Positions 1-13,019 of a stretch of DNA of 64,000 nucleotides are shown one piece after another. The stretch covers positions 48,608,001 to 48,672,000 of the forward strand of contig OZ024742.1 of NCBI GenBank assembly GCA_964016885.1, read 5' to 3'. How positions within the stretch are numbered: position 1 is the stretch's first letter; the number at the start of each line of letters is the position of its first letter. The notes under the pieces were generated by a model that was given only the letters and a program-made list of their open reading frames with translations, did not search any database and was not told the origin of the DNA. The position numbers and the translations under genes are program-made. Origin of the DNA: Eledone cirrhosa (lineage: Eukaryota).

Positions 1-215
1 TGAGGTAAGGTTGATAAATATTCGTATAGAGGTCTAAGGTAACATCAATGCAATTAGGTACTTTTGAAGTGTTTTCAAAGGTGATGTTATGGTTGTAATA
101 GTCCTTGAGGAATTTTCTAATTTGTTTTTTTGTTTTTCTCTATATTAGAATTGCTAAGATTGTTAGATAACAATAGACAATCATCCCGATAAAGACCACC
201 TTTGAGGTGGGGAAA
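1..215 (-). mobile_element. Inverted copy of the RT region of the Naiad-type PLE at 217-5236 (runs off the left edge)
   Basis: Reverse complement matches about 2169-2382 (PHLKGGLYRDD...DVTLDL). The junction with the pLTR shows GAAA microhomology. Confidence 0.9.
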
Positions 216-270
216 TGTATTTTAAGACGTATCATACGCTGTATTATACTATGTACAATTTACCACACCG

Positions 271-341
271 TACGGGGCCGATAAAATAAAGTTCCAATAA
301 TGTACTGGGTAATTGCTGGCCTTGTGCTTAAAGTAGAAACA
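271..341 (+). mobile_element. 3' fragment of Nin/Deu-domain SINE inserted in the 5' pLTR only
   Basis: cggggccgataaaataaagt...ccttgtgcttaaagtagaaaca. Absent from the 3' pLTR copy near 4488. Confidence 0.8.
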
Positions 342-1162
342 ATTATATTATATTATTGTAATACTCTATTTCATTATCTTATTATAATTTTCATCTTGTA
401 ATATACTTTCTTTCCTAGTCATGACCTTAATTTATATTCACCTAAATTCTCCATACAACACAACTCAACATTTGATTTTTACATTCCTTTTAAACTTCAC
501 TCTACCATATACATTCAAATATCAATTTGACAATCCCCTTTTTCCTAATACATTCTTTATAGCAATTCTATTGTTAACACCATTTAACCATTCCTTTCAA
601 AGGGTCATGACCTCAACTAAAGTGAATTATTTTTCATCTTAATATCATATAGAAAAAAACAATCTCTTTGGTTTTTTCTTCAGCTACCTTCAAATAATGT
701 CATAGAACTCAATTTACTACTAATTTACTACTAATTTTGAAAAAAATTCTCATTGCTTTTGACAACAGCTGGTGATATGCATGTAAGTACATATTCTCCC
801 TATGTAACTAACCTTACATAGATCGAAAACGAAGTATAGTTACGATGTATTATCATCACCTACAAACGATCGTAAAGCAGTGAAGTATATTTCTAGTGAC
901 TTGATTTTTTATTTCATTGTTTTAACTTATATCATGACTCTGTTTTCCTTTTAATGTTTTGTTTTCCGGGATTTATTTTAACCTACAACATTTTCAACAT
1001 ATTGATTACATTGAGTTCTTCATGCAGACTGGACTCCACAACTTACCGTGGATATCTCTGTGTATTTTGCTCCTTCAATATATTTTTTCATAATTTTTTC
1101 CACTTCTGTGATTATAATATTTAGTTGAGCTCTTTTTTTTTTTATCTAATTCCTGCATCACA

Positions 1163-3800
1163 ATGGAAAAACAATATTTGGGTACCTCGTTGAAGAATAT
1201 TCCAATTCCACCTAAAGATGAATATCTACTCTTGCTCATACAAAAGACTAACCAATTTATTAGGAGAATGTGATGAAGGGCCTATCATTTTGACAACAAA
1301 ACCAATACAGATGAAATGAAGTACCGCTATGGATTCAAAACATACGCAAATCCCCCTCATAATATTCAACTTGAAAATTTTGAGAGCGCCCTACTGAACA
1401 TGATTAAAAACATAAAGTTCAGAAAACAGAAATCTGAATTCCAAAAGGGATTAGACTCTACTCTTCGACCACTGAACAATTCAAACAAGGTCGATGTTCA
1501 TTCTGACGAAACTGGTACTTTGTACCATATGGATATCGATAAATATAACCAGGTCATATATAAAGAACCTAGAAAAAACTATAAGAAAGCAAGCACCACC
1601 GCACTGACATCCTTGAACAACATATCATGTGATATAGTAAAATAAACTCCATATTGAAGATAGAACTGAGCCTTTCACAACCTAAGAGCCCGCACTTCAA
1701 CCTGAAGGACTATAAATCTTACTTTAATTCGAACCCATCTATTAGACTGATATGCCCATCAAAATCTGATATTGATAATATCAACAAGAGAATTATTGAT
1801 CGTATCATTCCACACATTAGTAAATGTGTAACACTTCCATTATGGGATAAAACTTCCCAAGTTACTGAATGGTTCACTAGCATAGAGAATAAAAACTCAG
1901 CTTCATTCATTGAATTCGACATTGATTCTTACTATTCTTCGATTTCTTCAATTCTTTTAAACAAAGCACTGATCTTCGCCAGAAATAGATCGGATTTATG
2001 TACTGAGGAAATCAACATCATAACTCACGTTAGAAAAACCTTATTAAACTTCCAAGAAGAGCACAGGACAAGAAACACATATAACAACTTATTACGATGG
2101 GATCCATGGACTCTGCTCAAGTTACAGACCTCGTTGGACTATTTCTTCTCTATAATAGTTATTTCCTCTTTTCCCCACCTAAAAGGTGGTCTATATCGGG
2201 ATGATTTCCCATTGTTATCTAACAATCTTAGCAATTCTAATATAGAGAAAAACAAAAAAACAAATTAGAAAATTGGTCAAGGACTATTACAACCTTAACA
2301 TCACCTTTGAAAACACTTCAAAAGTAGCTAAATTCCTTGACGTTACCTTAGACCTCTCTAAGAATATTTATCAACCTTACCTCAAACCCAACCAGAATCT
2401 ACACTGTGTATATTCACGCTCTAACCACCCTGGCTCTATACTCAAAAACTTAGTATATAACATATCTCTTAGACTTTCTAAATTATCTTCCAATGAAGAT
2501 ATATTTTATAATAATGCACCCTGCTACAACGAGGCCTTAACTAGAAGTGAATATAAAGAAAAGAATTCATATATCCCCAACACTACTATGGACCAAATAT
2601 AAAACCTAGCAAAAACTACAAACACCAAAAAAAACCCCCATCGAAACAAATACCTAATGGGGTTATTCCTATTACAGCAAACAACCGAAAAATCACAACA
2701 ACTATTACTACACGATCTATGACTAATGTTATCAACTCACATATGAATATCAAGCATTCAACCTCTCATAATCTACCCAATAATAACACCAAATACAACC
2801 ACAGTAGTTTACCAAATTCCACAAATACAGATACTAACCATAGGAACTCTTCTATAACACAGCACATTAATATAAGTGGTAATAAAAACTTAACTAAAAA
2901 CCGCAAAAGAAACATAACATGGTACAACGCACCCTTCAACTTGCAAACTATTGGACAAATCCCAAAGAAATTCTTCGAAATTCTACATTAACATTTTCCA
3001 CCAAACCACAGATACCACCAAATATTTAACAGGTATACTGTTAAATTCTCATACTCTACATCAAACAAACTCCAGCAAAAAATAAACAACTAAAACATTT
3101 ATAAATTTAAGAATAATATGACCACACCACCACAACATAATTTAAATAGGACTGCACCTTTTAAAAGAACAAATAATATAATCCTTCAACCTGGAAAACA
3201 CAACCACCCAAATCACCAACACAAAAACAACATAACACAAAATCACAATCAACCGTATCACTAACCCACCTACAAAGCAACCTCCATTCTGGCGCTAACA
3301 TTAATTACAATAGAAATAGCTCAAGAATTAATGAGAACGGTATAGTTACCCCCGACAACCATCTTACGTATGGTTGCAATTGCAGAAATAGAAGCATTTG
3401 CCCCTTAAATGGCAACTGTTTGATTAATAATGTAATAAATAAATGCACTGTGTCTACTACTGACTCCAACAAAACATATATAGCATATACATCGAACACA
3501 TTTAAGAAAAGATATTACGCACACTCTAGTAGTTTTAACAATACTAAACTAGCTAACACCACATCTTTAGCTGAAGCAGTATATAACTATAAACAGAAAA
3601 AAATAGATTTCAAGCTATCGTGGAACACCATTCTGCAAAGAACTCCATATCTTGGGAACAGGAGAGAATGAAGGTTATGTTCAGAGGAGATCTTGGAAGT
3701 TACTAAATCTAAGTAGGATTTACTGAATAAAAGATAGGAACTGATTATAGTTTGTAATCACCGTATACGAAACACATTTAAATACTATAAACTTAATTAA
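1163..3800 (+). pseudogene. Disrupted PLE RT + GIY-YIG endonuclease ORF
   Basis: Motifs TSLKNIPIP, SDETG (DKT), FDIDSYYSSI, GGLYRDD, FLDVTLDL, TWYNAPF, CNCRNRSICPLNGNCL, YIAYTSNTFKKRYYAH, LLNKR..CNH. Many stops and frameshifts. Confidence 0.92.
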
Positions 3801-3997
3801 ATATTCTAAGTAGCAACTCACTATAATTCTATGTAGCGTAACATTTGTTACTATCCCCGTACCCTAATTATACGCATTCATGCTTATTTCTTACCTTTTT
3901 ATTTTTTAGTTTCCTTAGATTTATGCGTTAATGACTAAGGGCAACAAGGTAAACAACCACCCGTAATTGCATGAGTAAATATGTATCTATGTATGTA

Positions 3998-4074
<77 letters not shown>

Positions 4075-4960
4075 TATGTGTGTGTGTGCGTGTGTGCATG
4101 TGTGTGTTTGTGTGTATATGTGTATGGGTGTTTATGTGTGTTGTGTACATGTATGTGTGTGTACATATACATATATATATGTGTGTATAGGTGTGTATAT
4201 GTAAATATATATAGAAATATATATGTATATCATTGTGTGCACATATATATATGTTTGTATATGTTTACATCTATTTATGCGTATGTATATTTTTAATTGA
4301 GTATCAATATAACTATACCTCTATCTATAATGTGGGTATATGCACTTTGTGATCTATGACATTTATGCGTTTTGACTATGTCGACATGCATTTATCTGAG
4401 TTTGATTATTTATACATGGACATACTTGAAAGTATTTTAAGACGTATCATACGCTGTATTATACTATGTACAATTTACCACACAGTACTGTATTATGTTA
4501 CATTATATTATATTATTGTATTACTGTATTTCATTATCTTATTATAATTTTCATCTTTTAATATACGATCTTCCCTAGTCATGACCTCAATTTATATTCA
4601 CCTAAAAACTCCATACAACACAACTCAACATTTAAATTTTACATTCCTTTTAAACTTCACAATATCATATACATTATTCAACTATCAATTTGACAATCCC
4701 CTTTTTCCTAATACATTTGTTATAGCAATTGTATTGTTAACAATATTCAACCATTTCTTTCAAAGGGTCATGACCTCAACTAAAGTGAATTATTTTTCAT
4801 CTTAACATCAGATGAAAAAAACAATCTGATTGGTTTGTTCTTCAGCTACCTCCAAATAATGTCATAGAACTCAATTTACTACTAATTTACTACTAATTTT
4901 GAATAAAATTCTCATTGCTTTTGACAACAGCTGGTGATATGTATGTAAGTAAATATTCTT

Positions 4961-5012
4961 CCTATCTGATATTTTGCAACTAACCTTACATAGATCGATA
5001 ACGAAGTATAGT
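4961..5012 (+). ncRNA. Degenerate type I hammerhead ribozyme in the pLTR (second decayed copy about 797-840)
   Basis: Combining the two copies gives cctat-CTGAT..-tatgtaa ctaacc ttacata-gatc-GAAA-acgaag-TA-tag. Each copy alone is mutated. Confidence 0.5.
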
Positions 5013-5242
5013 TACGATGTATTATCATCACCTAGAAACGATTGTAAAGCAGTGAAGTATATTTCTAATGACTTGATTTTTGATTTCATTGTTTTAACTT
5101 ATATCATGACTCTGTTCTCCTTTTAATGTTTTATTTGTTTACCGGGATTTATTTTAAACAGCAACATTTTCAACATATGGATTACATTGAGTTCTTCATG
5201 CAGACCGGACCCCACAACTTACCGTGGATATCTCTGTATATA

Positions 5243-5333
<91 letters not shown>

Positions 5334-5557
5334 ATACCTTCCTCCATTTTCCATTATTCCCGTTTGTTGTGTTACTCTAACCAGGTTAAATCGTTTCGTC
5401 TCGAACAATTTTCAAGTGTCTTCTTTTATGTCAACTCTTGCAATTGTATAGTTATCCGATCGTCTATATACTCATACACCCACAAACATATAAATTAGCA
5501 TATAAATATATACACATATTCATATATATGTATTTGTGCGCGCATATGTTTGTGTGT

Positions 5558-5717
5558 AGGCGGCGAATTGTCAGAGTCGTTAGAACGACGGATAGAATGC
5601 TTTGCGGTATTCGTACCTACTTTCTGCTCTCTGAATTCGAATCCCACCGAGGTCAAGTTTGCCTTTCATCGTTTCGCGATCGATAAAAAAGTACCATTCT
5701 AGTACTAAAGTCGATTC
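5558..5717 (+). mobile_element. Old tRNA-derived SINE with Nin/Deu-like core
   Basis: B-box-like gaattcgaatccc followed by ccgaggtcaagtttgcctttcatc...gataaaaaagtacca. Confidence 0.75.
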
Positions 5718-6244
5718 TTCCTCTACAGCTCTTTCTCATTTCCACTCGCTCACTTTCTATCTTTCCCTGTAAGAAATCTGCTGTACTGAAACCTGGAGAG
5801 TGATGGGATTCCACCAGGCTTAAAATTCGCTAGATACCAATACGGCGCACCAACGGATTTCTCAGAAGTTACGGGCTCATACATACATGCATACATGTTT
5901 GTGTCTGTGTGTATGTTCATGTGGTTATAAGTCTGTGTGTCTGTCTGTCTCTCTCTGTCTCTCCCCCTCTCTCTCTCACTGTAAGTATGCATATATGTGT
6001 GTGGGTGCATGTATTATCGGCGTGTGTATAATGGCATATAGGATATGTTTAAGTATAATAAACATACAAGATACTGGTTATGAAGATTTGAAGCTGTGAT
6101 CATGTAACAGTTACCTTTGGAGAGACAGGAGTATATCACACAGGTGTTTCTAGATTTCATTGTGTACTGAGGAAAGTATTAGCTACATCATATTTGAATG
6201 TTTGCGTATAAACAACGGCTCGGGATGCTCACATGTATATAGTT

Positions 6245-6283
<39 letters not shown>

Positions 6284-6440
6284 ACAATCTGCTTCGTACG
6301 ATCGTAACGTATCCGAGGAATGCGCGATTTCAGAGTCAGGTTTGATCACCATATCGAACGTGCCTCGAGCTGGTCGCCCGAGAAACAATTGTAATATGTC
6401 CAATAAATTCCTTTCTTCGCAACACTGATTTTTTTTTTCT

Positions 6441-6486
<46 letters not shown>

Positions 6487-6786
6487 TCTATAAAAGGCAG
6501 ATTGTTGTTGTTGTGTGTGTGCATGTTCCATGTTTATACATTTGCAGAAATTCGAACCGATTCGACTCAACGTCTGTAAGAATGTTGTAAATGGTCTAAG
6601 TCAGGTGAACGACTATTTATTTCATTCAAACTCACCCACAATTGCGGACATAATCGAGAAAACTAAATGCATGACGCTTTACCCCTCAATTACAATCAGA
6701 TTCCTCTCTCTACTCCACTTCATCAGAGAAAGTTGCATGTATGTAGTTTTATCGTATAGATAATGATGATGATTAAACTTACAAAC

Positions 6787-6864
<78 letters not shown>

Positions 6865-7651
6865 TTTGTTTTTGAGTATGGAACGGTCAAACATTTATTC
6901 AACAACAACAAAAAAATAGGATAAATCTTTTTTAGAACATCTATCAACGAACGTGGAAGAAAGAAGTATCAGTTCATTTACTATACACAATAATATCCTC
7001 TATTAGGTCACTAAATCTGCTAGAAACTGCAGTTAACTCTCCCCCATATCACAGCACTCACTACTGTCTTAAATTTAGGAAACATATTCTCTATGAGGTC
7101 ACTAAACCTGCTAGAAACAGCAGCTAACTCTCCCCCATATTCAAAAGCAACAGATAAATTTATTCAACAAAAAATATAGCGATAAATCTTTTTTAAAACA
7201 TCTATCAACGAACGTGGAAGAAAGAAGTATCATTTCATTTACTATACACAATAATATCCTCAATGTGGTCACTAAACCTGCTAGAAACAGCAGCTAACTC
7301 TCCCCCATATGACACCCTTCTCTACTGTCTTAAATTTAGAAAACACACATTAGACAGCCTTGCAGAACAACTCCATCGCAGCTCTGTTGTTCGGCTGGCA
7401 TCGTCTATGCGCGGGTTGCGCAAGTACTGTGAAACAATAAATTTCAACACTTCTTTGCACAGAGATAATATCCATAGGTGAAACTACATTTGTCACTGCT
7501 GGCGCAGCTCCTGCTTCGGCAGTCCAGGTCTGCAATTCATTCACCCAGTGTCTGGCAGACAAAAAAGTAATGCCATAAAATGATAAAATGGGTGGTGCAA
7601 CCTAACTTTGGTAACTTACTGACCCCAAGCAACGCCGGGCTTTAATGCTAG
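6487..7651 (+). mobile_element. Probable non-autonomous Helitron containing (GA)n and an internal ~190-bp duplication
   Basis: 3' end has the hairpin-like CCC-AAGCAACGC-CGGG then CTAG|T at 7648-7651. Candidate 5' end A|TCTATAAAA at 6487 (less certain). Confidence 0.5.
6893..7348 (+). repeat. Imperfect tandem duplication (about 6893-7085 vs 7158-7348, partial third copy about 7086-7140)
   Basis: Repeated acatctatcaacgaacgtggaagaaagaagtatc...gtcactaaa(t/c)ctgctagaaac...actctcccccatat. Confidence 0.85.
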
Positions 7652-7756
7652 TATATATATAAATATGTCTTTGTTTGACAATAACATGTACTGTCTGGAT
7701 ATTAATATTGTCGGTATATTAGAATAATAAAAGAATTAACGAATACACACACTCAA

Positions 7757-7791
<35 letters not shown>

Positions 7792-7795
<4 letters not shown>

Positions 7796-7962
7796 AAAAA
7801 GTATGACCCCGACGGCAGAGCTCAAGCCGTTTCGACGGCTATTTCTGGACGCTTGAGTCCTCCGTCGGGGTCATACTCTTTCCTATTTCCCAGTCTACTA
7901 CCCTAAGTATTGAGTACTCTGGTGCGTTATGGTCCATCTGGTTCCTTACCACAATTCCTTTG

Positions 7963-7963
<1 letters not shown>
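7792..7963 (+). mobile_element. Miniature fold-back relic of the PLE family at 55431-59960
   Basis: Left part is the reverse complement of the family's hammerhead 3' half. Right part matches about 59848-59960. Flanked by (TA)n on both sides. Confidence 0.85.
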
Positions 7964-8012
<49 letters not shown>

Positions 8013-8457
8013 AAATAGTAGAAAGGAAAAATATCCTTTCATTAGAAAATGTTAAAGAGATTTTTTCAAAACATCAATGTATTTACAATACCGATGTCAC
8101 CATTAAATGCATTCTCAATTGCGGATATGCAGAATATTGTTAAGTTGCATAGTTGTACAAATAGAGATAATAATAATAATGAAGAAAATTAAAATAAAAA
8201 GGGTAAGAAAAATTAATTTTTAGATGCATATTCATTCAGAGAAAAGAGTTCATTTCTCTGCCCATCCTACTCTTTTTATAGGTTTGTGTGTGTGTGTGTG
8301 TGTGAGTTCTTCCCTGATGACGAAGCAGTTGAATCTCCTGCTTAACTAGCTTCACTCTTTATATATCTATTTTACATATATAAATAAATACACACACTCA
8401 CTCACAAGGACACATATGCACACAAACACACATGCACACACACACACGCACACAGAC

Positions 8458-8577
<120 letters not shown>

Positions 8578-8596
8578 ATATATATACGTGTATGTG

Positions 8597-9110
8597 CAAG
8601 GGTGAGTCATTAATTAGCTACGATTCACTGATAAAATGCGCTACCAATCGCGATATTTCTTTTCCATCATCTCTTCACTTTGGTTACCATAGAGTTCAAT
8701 ATGTCACTTGCAGATTGCAACACAGCTTTGTTTGTGCAAATCAGTAAGTTATTTCGGGAACTATCTTTCTACAAATTTTTATAAAATCCAAATTGAATTT
8801 CATAGACAGACTATGACTAATTTTCATATAATATGCCTCTTCAAAAATATTCGTCAATCTGTTCAGCAGATTACCTTGTTAAATGCAGTTTTGTGAATAT
8901 GCTCGGGATTCAGGCCACGCTTGATGCTGGTCACTTGTGCGACTATATTTTGATATTTCAATCCACTCGTAGACAGTGCAAAACTGACGAATTTTCTTGG
9001 CAATTCACTATATAAAACCGATTTTATTTTGGTTAATTCATACACTGGTGCAGTTACAGAGCACAGACAACATAGTGCTGAGCATCATTATTCATTAAAA
9101 CAGAGAGAAA
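8597..9110 (-). mobile_element. Highly decayed mariner-type transposase relic
   Basis: Minus-strand pieces ISHS..QFGFYK..R*FPK*LTDLHKQSCVAICK resemble mariner LGFHKVCARWVPKQLTxxHKxxRVxIC. Boundaries approximate. Confidence 0.55.
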
Positions 9111-10455
9111 AAATTGTGAACCTGATATATGTAATAGGAATACCAACTTATGTGTTCTTTCGAAGTCAAACATGCACTGTAGTGATTAGATCGAAAATGT
9201 CTATTGTTGACCACGCCACAAAATATGTCATCAATAAGAAAGGAATTGAAGTGTCTAAATTATAGTATTTATATATATGCATTGATATGCTTGCGTGTGT
9301 GTACGTGTGTGTGCCATATGTTTGTGTATGTTTGTGTTTCTGCGTCTATATGTATATATACGCAATAGTAAGTTGCAACCTAGTGGTTGTGTATTTGATT
9401 TTATTGATCAACCTCCCAACCTGAACGTCTTCTAATAGTTAGCACCGGATTCAGTCAAGACGAAGATTCACGTGAAACTTACGGTACAAGTGTTCAAATG
9501 TGACCAAAGTCGCGGGAAACGCCTGGTATATTATATTTCAAGATATATTTGACTGCATTGACAATGTTCAGCACAAACTGAATTTTCTCTCGAAATGGAG
9601 AGACAAAATTGTGGTGTCAATATGTGGAAAATGTGTGTGATGGATATAGCCCTTCTGGTTACTGTGTAGAAGAATCATGGTAATGAAAATGATTGTTGTT
9701 TAAGAATTTGAGATGTAGGGAGTGAGAATGCTAAAATGGTGGATTAGCTTAGAGGGTTACAGATACAACTTATGCATTAACACTGCTATTTCACCCCACT
9801 ATTTAAATCTCTTTCAAAAGGTATATGTCTGATTGTTATGTTTGAGGGAAAGAGATCAATGGTGGATTGAAGTTTAGAATCGATAAAAAAGCCCATATAT
9901 ATTTATTAAGCTTTCACCCTCACTATATTTCCTTCTACTTATATGAAAATAGAATGTCTATTTACACATATAGTTGGATATACATATGTATATGTGTATG
10001 TGAATTGAAGTAGATAGATTTTGAAAAGATGACAGAGAAACGTAAGAGATAAGGAAAGAATAATAAATGTTGGTGTCTGTCGCAGGGGACTTGTCCCTAA
10101 GTGTTTTTTTTTATGTCTATTTATGTGTGTGTGTGTTTGTATATTACTGTGTATATGTGTATGTGTGTCGTGTGTATATGGGGGGTGGGGGGGGGTGTTG
10201 TATCTGTTTCCGTGCATTCTACATATCATCAGTCTCAAGTGTATCTACGATAAGATATTTTTCCATCTCAACACAATCGAACTTCAAATTCTTCCCTTCT
10301 AAGCAAATACATTTTATATCTATCTATTCCACTACTTTCCCACACTGCATCCTTTTCTTTTGCTTCCTTTCTTTCTACTTCTTCACCTCACCCGCTCTCT
10401 CTCTCACTATTTCTCTGTCAGTCTGTCTATCTATCCTTCGTTCGCAATGTCCCAA

Positions 10456-10489
<34 letters not shown>

Positions 10490-10490
10490 C

Positions 10491-10558
<68 letters not shown>

Positions 10559-10705
10559 TGCTCTCTCTCGCTCTCATCTGTTGTCACTTCTCTCTAACAT
10601 AATTTCCCTTTTTAACTGCCACTTTCAGTATTGCACATCTCCCAACCTCTCCGTACATGTTTCACTTTCTCTATCTTCCATTCTGTATCACCTATCTCAT
10701 TTTCT

Positions 10706-10787
<82 letters not shown>

Positions 10788-10788
<1 letters not shown>

Positions 10789-10976
10789 GTAGGTCCCGGG
10801 TTGAGTCGGGGATAACCACAGTAAGTAAGGTACTCAATACATGGCGGAGTAAATTTTTTTTATTTTATAGAAGGAGCTTCTACAGGACTAGTACTGTTTC
10901 ATTCAGATGAAATCTTCCTGAAGATTTCATCTGAATGAAACAGTACTAGTCCTGTAGAAGCTCCTTCTATAAAATA

Positions 10977-10980
<4 letters not shown>
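10788..10980 (-). mobile_element. Miniature fold-back PLE 3'-end element in (TA)n with a hammerhead core
   Basis: Near-perfect hairpin about 10857-10980 with a 2-nt loop and a ~65-nt tail. Right arm reads CTGAAGA-tttc atct gaat-GAAA-cagtactag-TC. Confidence 0.8.
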
Positions 10981-11013
<33 letters not shown>

Positions 11014-11422
11014 TTCTCTCTCTCTCTATTATTTCCTTCTTTCCCGTCTATTTAACTATTCCTCTTCTCTCTTACAGTCTCTCTGGACATTTCATCTATT
11101 CTATGTATATCCTTCATTTTTTCTTTCTTTCTCACTTATTATATCATTAGGTCATTTTTCTTTTAATCATTTCTTGTTCTTCCCGCTGACAATTCAATTT
11201 TCATTCTTTCTACTGGTTTTCTTTTTTTTTTTTTTTTTGTCTCATACTCCATTTTCTATTTCTTTTATCTCATCCATGTTTACTTTCTCTGCATAACAGC
11301 ATTTCCCTCAATTACTGTCTCTTCTCTCCCCCTCACTTTCTCTCTCTTTCACACTCTCTCGCTCACTTTCTCTCTCTTTCACACTCTCTCCCTCTCTCCC
11401 TCTCTCTCGCACTCTCTGTATA

Positions 11423-11483
<61 letters not shown>

Positions 11484-11939
11484 CTTTCTATTTGTATGGA
11501 TGTGCGCCTCTTTCTCTCATTTTACACTCTCATCTATATCTCTCTACCATTAAGTAAGTTTCCCGGTTATTCTCAGAAAAGATTTTACTCTCAATGTAAA
11601 TAATTATTTCAAACATTCAGATAGCCTTGAAATCTAGCGTACTATCAACTTAGCGAGTTTCTTTCTTCTCTCATAGCCCATTCTTCGAAACCATATTAAC
11701 TTCATTCAGTGTGCATCTTATTCAAAATTATAGGTCTGCTCTCCAAACGTGCTTTCCCTTCCGAGTAGTATGCGGGTAAATAATGTAAGGCATCTAACAT
11801 TGTAACTATGTACGAAACGATGCATATTTCTCTTTGTGTAACCAGATATTTATCTAGTTTTCACTCATCTTAACTCGCTCACCGTTCTCTCCTCCACGAA
11901 TCTCTCTTAATCTTTCTATGTATGTATTAATTCACTCAC

Positions 11940-12011
<72 letters not shown>

Positions 12012-12147
12012 TTGTTAAACAATATTCAATGATTATGTCAAAGAATGATTTTTACAGTAGATTGGAAGCACTCAACGTAAAATAATTTTCTGGAGTTATT
12101 AATATTAAAATATAAGTATTAATAAAATAGATGTTCTTTTTATCAAT

Positions 12148-12206
12148 TACATTTTATTATACATATTTCGGATGTACAACAGTTCGTCCTCATCAGACAA
12201 AATATA
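12148..12206 (-). ncRNA. Minimal type I hammerhead ribozyme
   Basis: Minus strand: tatattttgt-CTGATGA-ggacg...catcc-GAAA-tatgta-TA-ataaaatgta. Stems I and II pair. Confidence 0.8.
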
Positions 12207-12845
12207 ATGATACATGACATACTCTGAGATGTTAAATGGTTAAGATTTAATCAAGGTAGTGATTAACCCGATAGAACATTTTACTTTTATCCTATCTATG
12301 TGAAAGTGCGAAAACGTAATAAATTCATTAGAGAATGTGTGAGTAAGAAATAACGTTGCATACTGTAAGTGTTTTAAATTTTAAAGTGTATGATATTACA
12401 ATATATCTAGGAAAACGTCTCATGAATCATAACAGCCAGTGATAGCCACTAGAAAAAGATTTATAAGGAGGGAAAAATAAAGTGTGGGTTTTTTTTTTTC
12501 GAAAGTTAAACGGTTAGATTTGAAAATATTTAATTTATAATATTAAGGTGAAGACTCCCGATTTCAGGATTATTTGCTAGTTATTTATATATTATTTATA
12601 TTAACTCGATAAGTGGATTATCATTTCTAAACTTCTGAATTGTGAGAATAACATTTAAAGGATTTAGCTGGCACATAAAGAATGACATATTATACTGTTG
12701 ATTATTTACCTAAATCTAAACTTTAACAAATATACCAACATATTAGGTATGTAAAGCTTTTGAAGTACTTATTGTTATAAATAGTTAAATAACTATTATG
12801 TATATAGGTATATATTAATGAGCCAGTATGTTTAAGGTAAATAAT

Positions 12846-13019
12846 TGTTTCTACGTTAGGCACAAAGCCAGCAACTACCCAGTGTATTACTGGTACTTTA
12901 TTTTATCGACCCCGTAAGGATGAAAGGCAAAGTTAACCTCGGCGGGATTTGAACTCAGAATGGCAAGGGCCGTAACTCTATGCGTCAAAGCAAGGCGTCC
13001 GACCCTCTACCAATACTGC
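12846..13019 (-). mobile_element. tRNA-derived Nin/Deu-domain SINE with 9-bp TSD
   Basis: gtaaataat at 12837-12845 and 13020-13028. B box gagttcaaatcc on the minus strand. Confidence 0.9.

Larger units (their letters stand above)
217..5236 (+). mobile_element. Penelope-like retroelement, Naiad type, decayed, with partial tandem pseudo-LTRs (217-1060 and 4432-5236)
   Basis: About 800-bp direct repeats flank an RT/GIY-YIG pseudo-ORF. The 3' end abuts (TA)n at 5237. Confidence 0.92.

Noticed and set aside
185-216. Apparent hammerhead (ccgataa-gaccacc tttga ggtggg-gaaa)
   Set aside because: It is the reverse complement of RT coding sequence (PHLKGGLYRDD) in the inverted arm.
421-642. Repeated small ORFs (421-642/4581-4805; 41556, 45678, 50212; 56378/58694 and similar)
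   Set aside because: They recur only because PLE UTRs are duplicated. No protein motifs.
3935-4296. YI/CV/HT-rich ORFs here and throughout the ORF track
   Set aside because: Translations of (TA)n, (CA)n and (GA)n microsatellites, not proteins.
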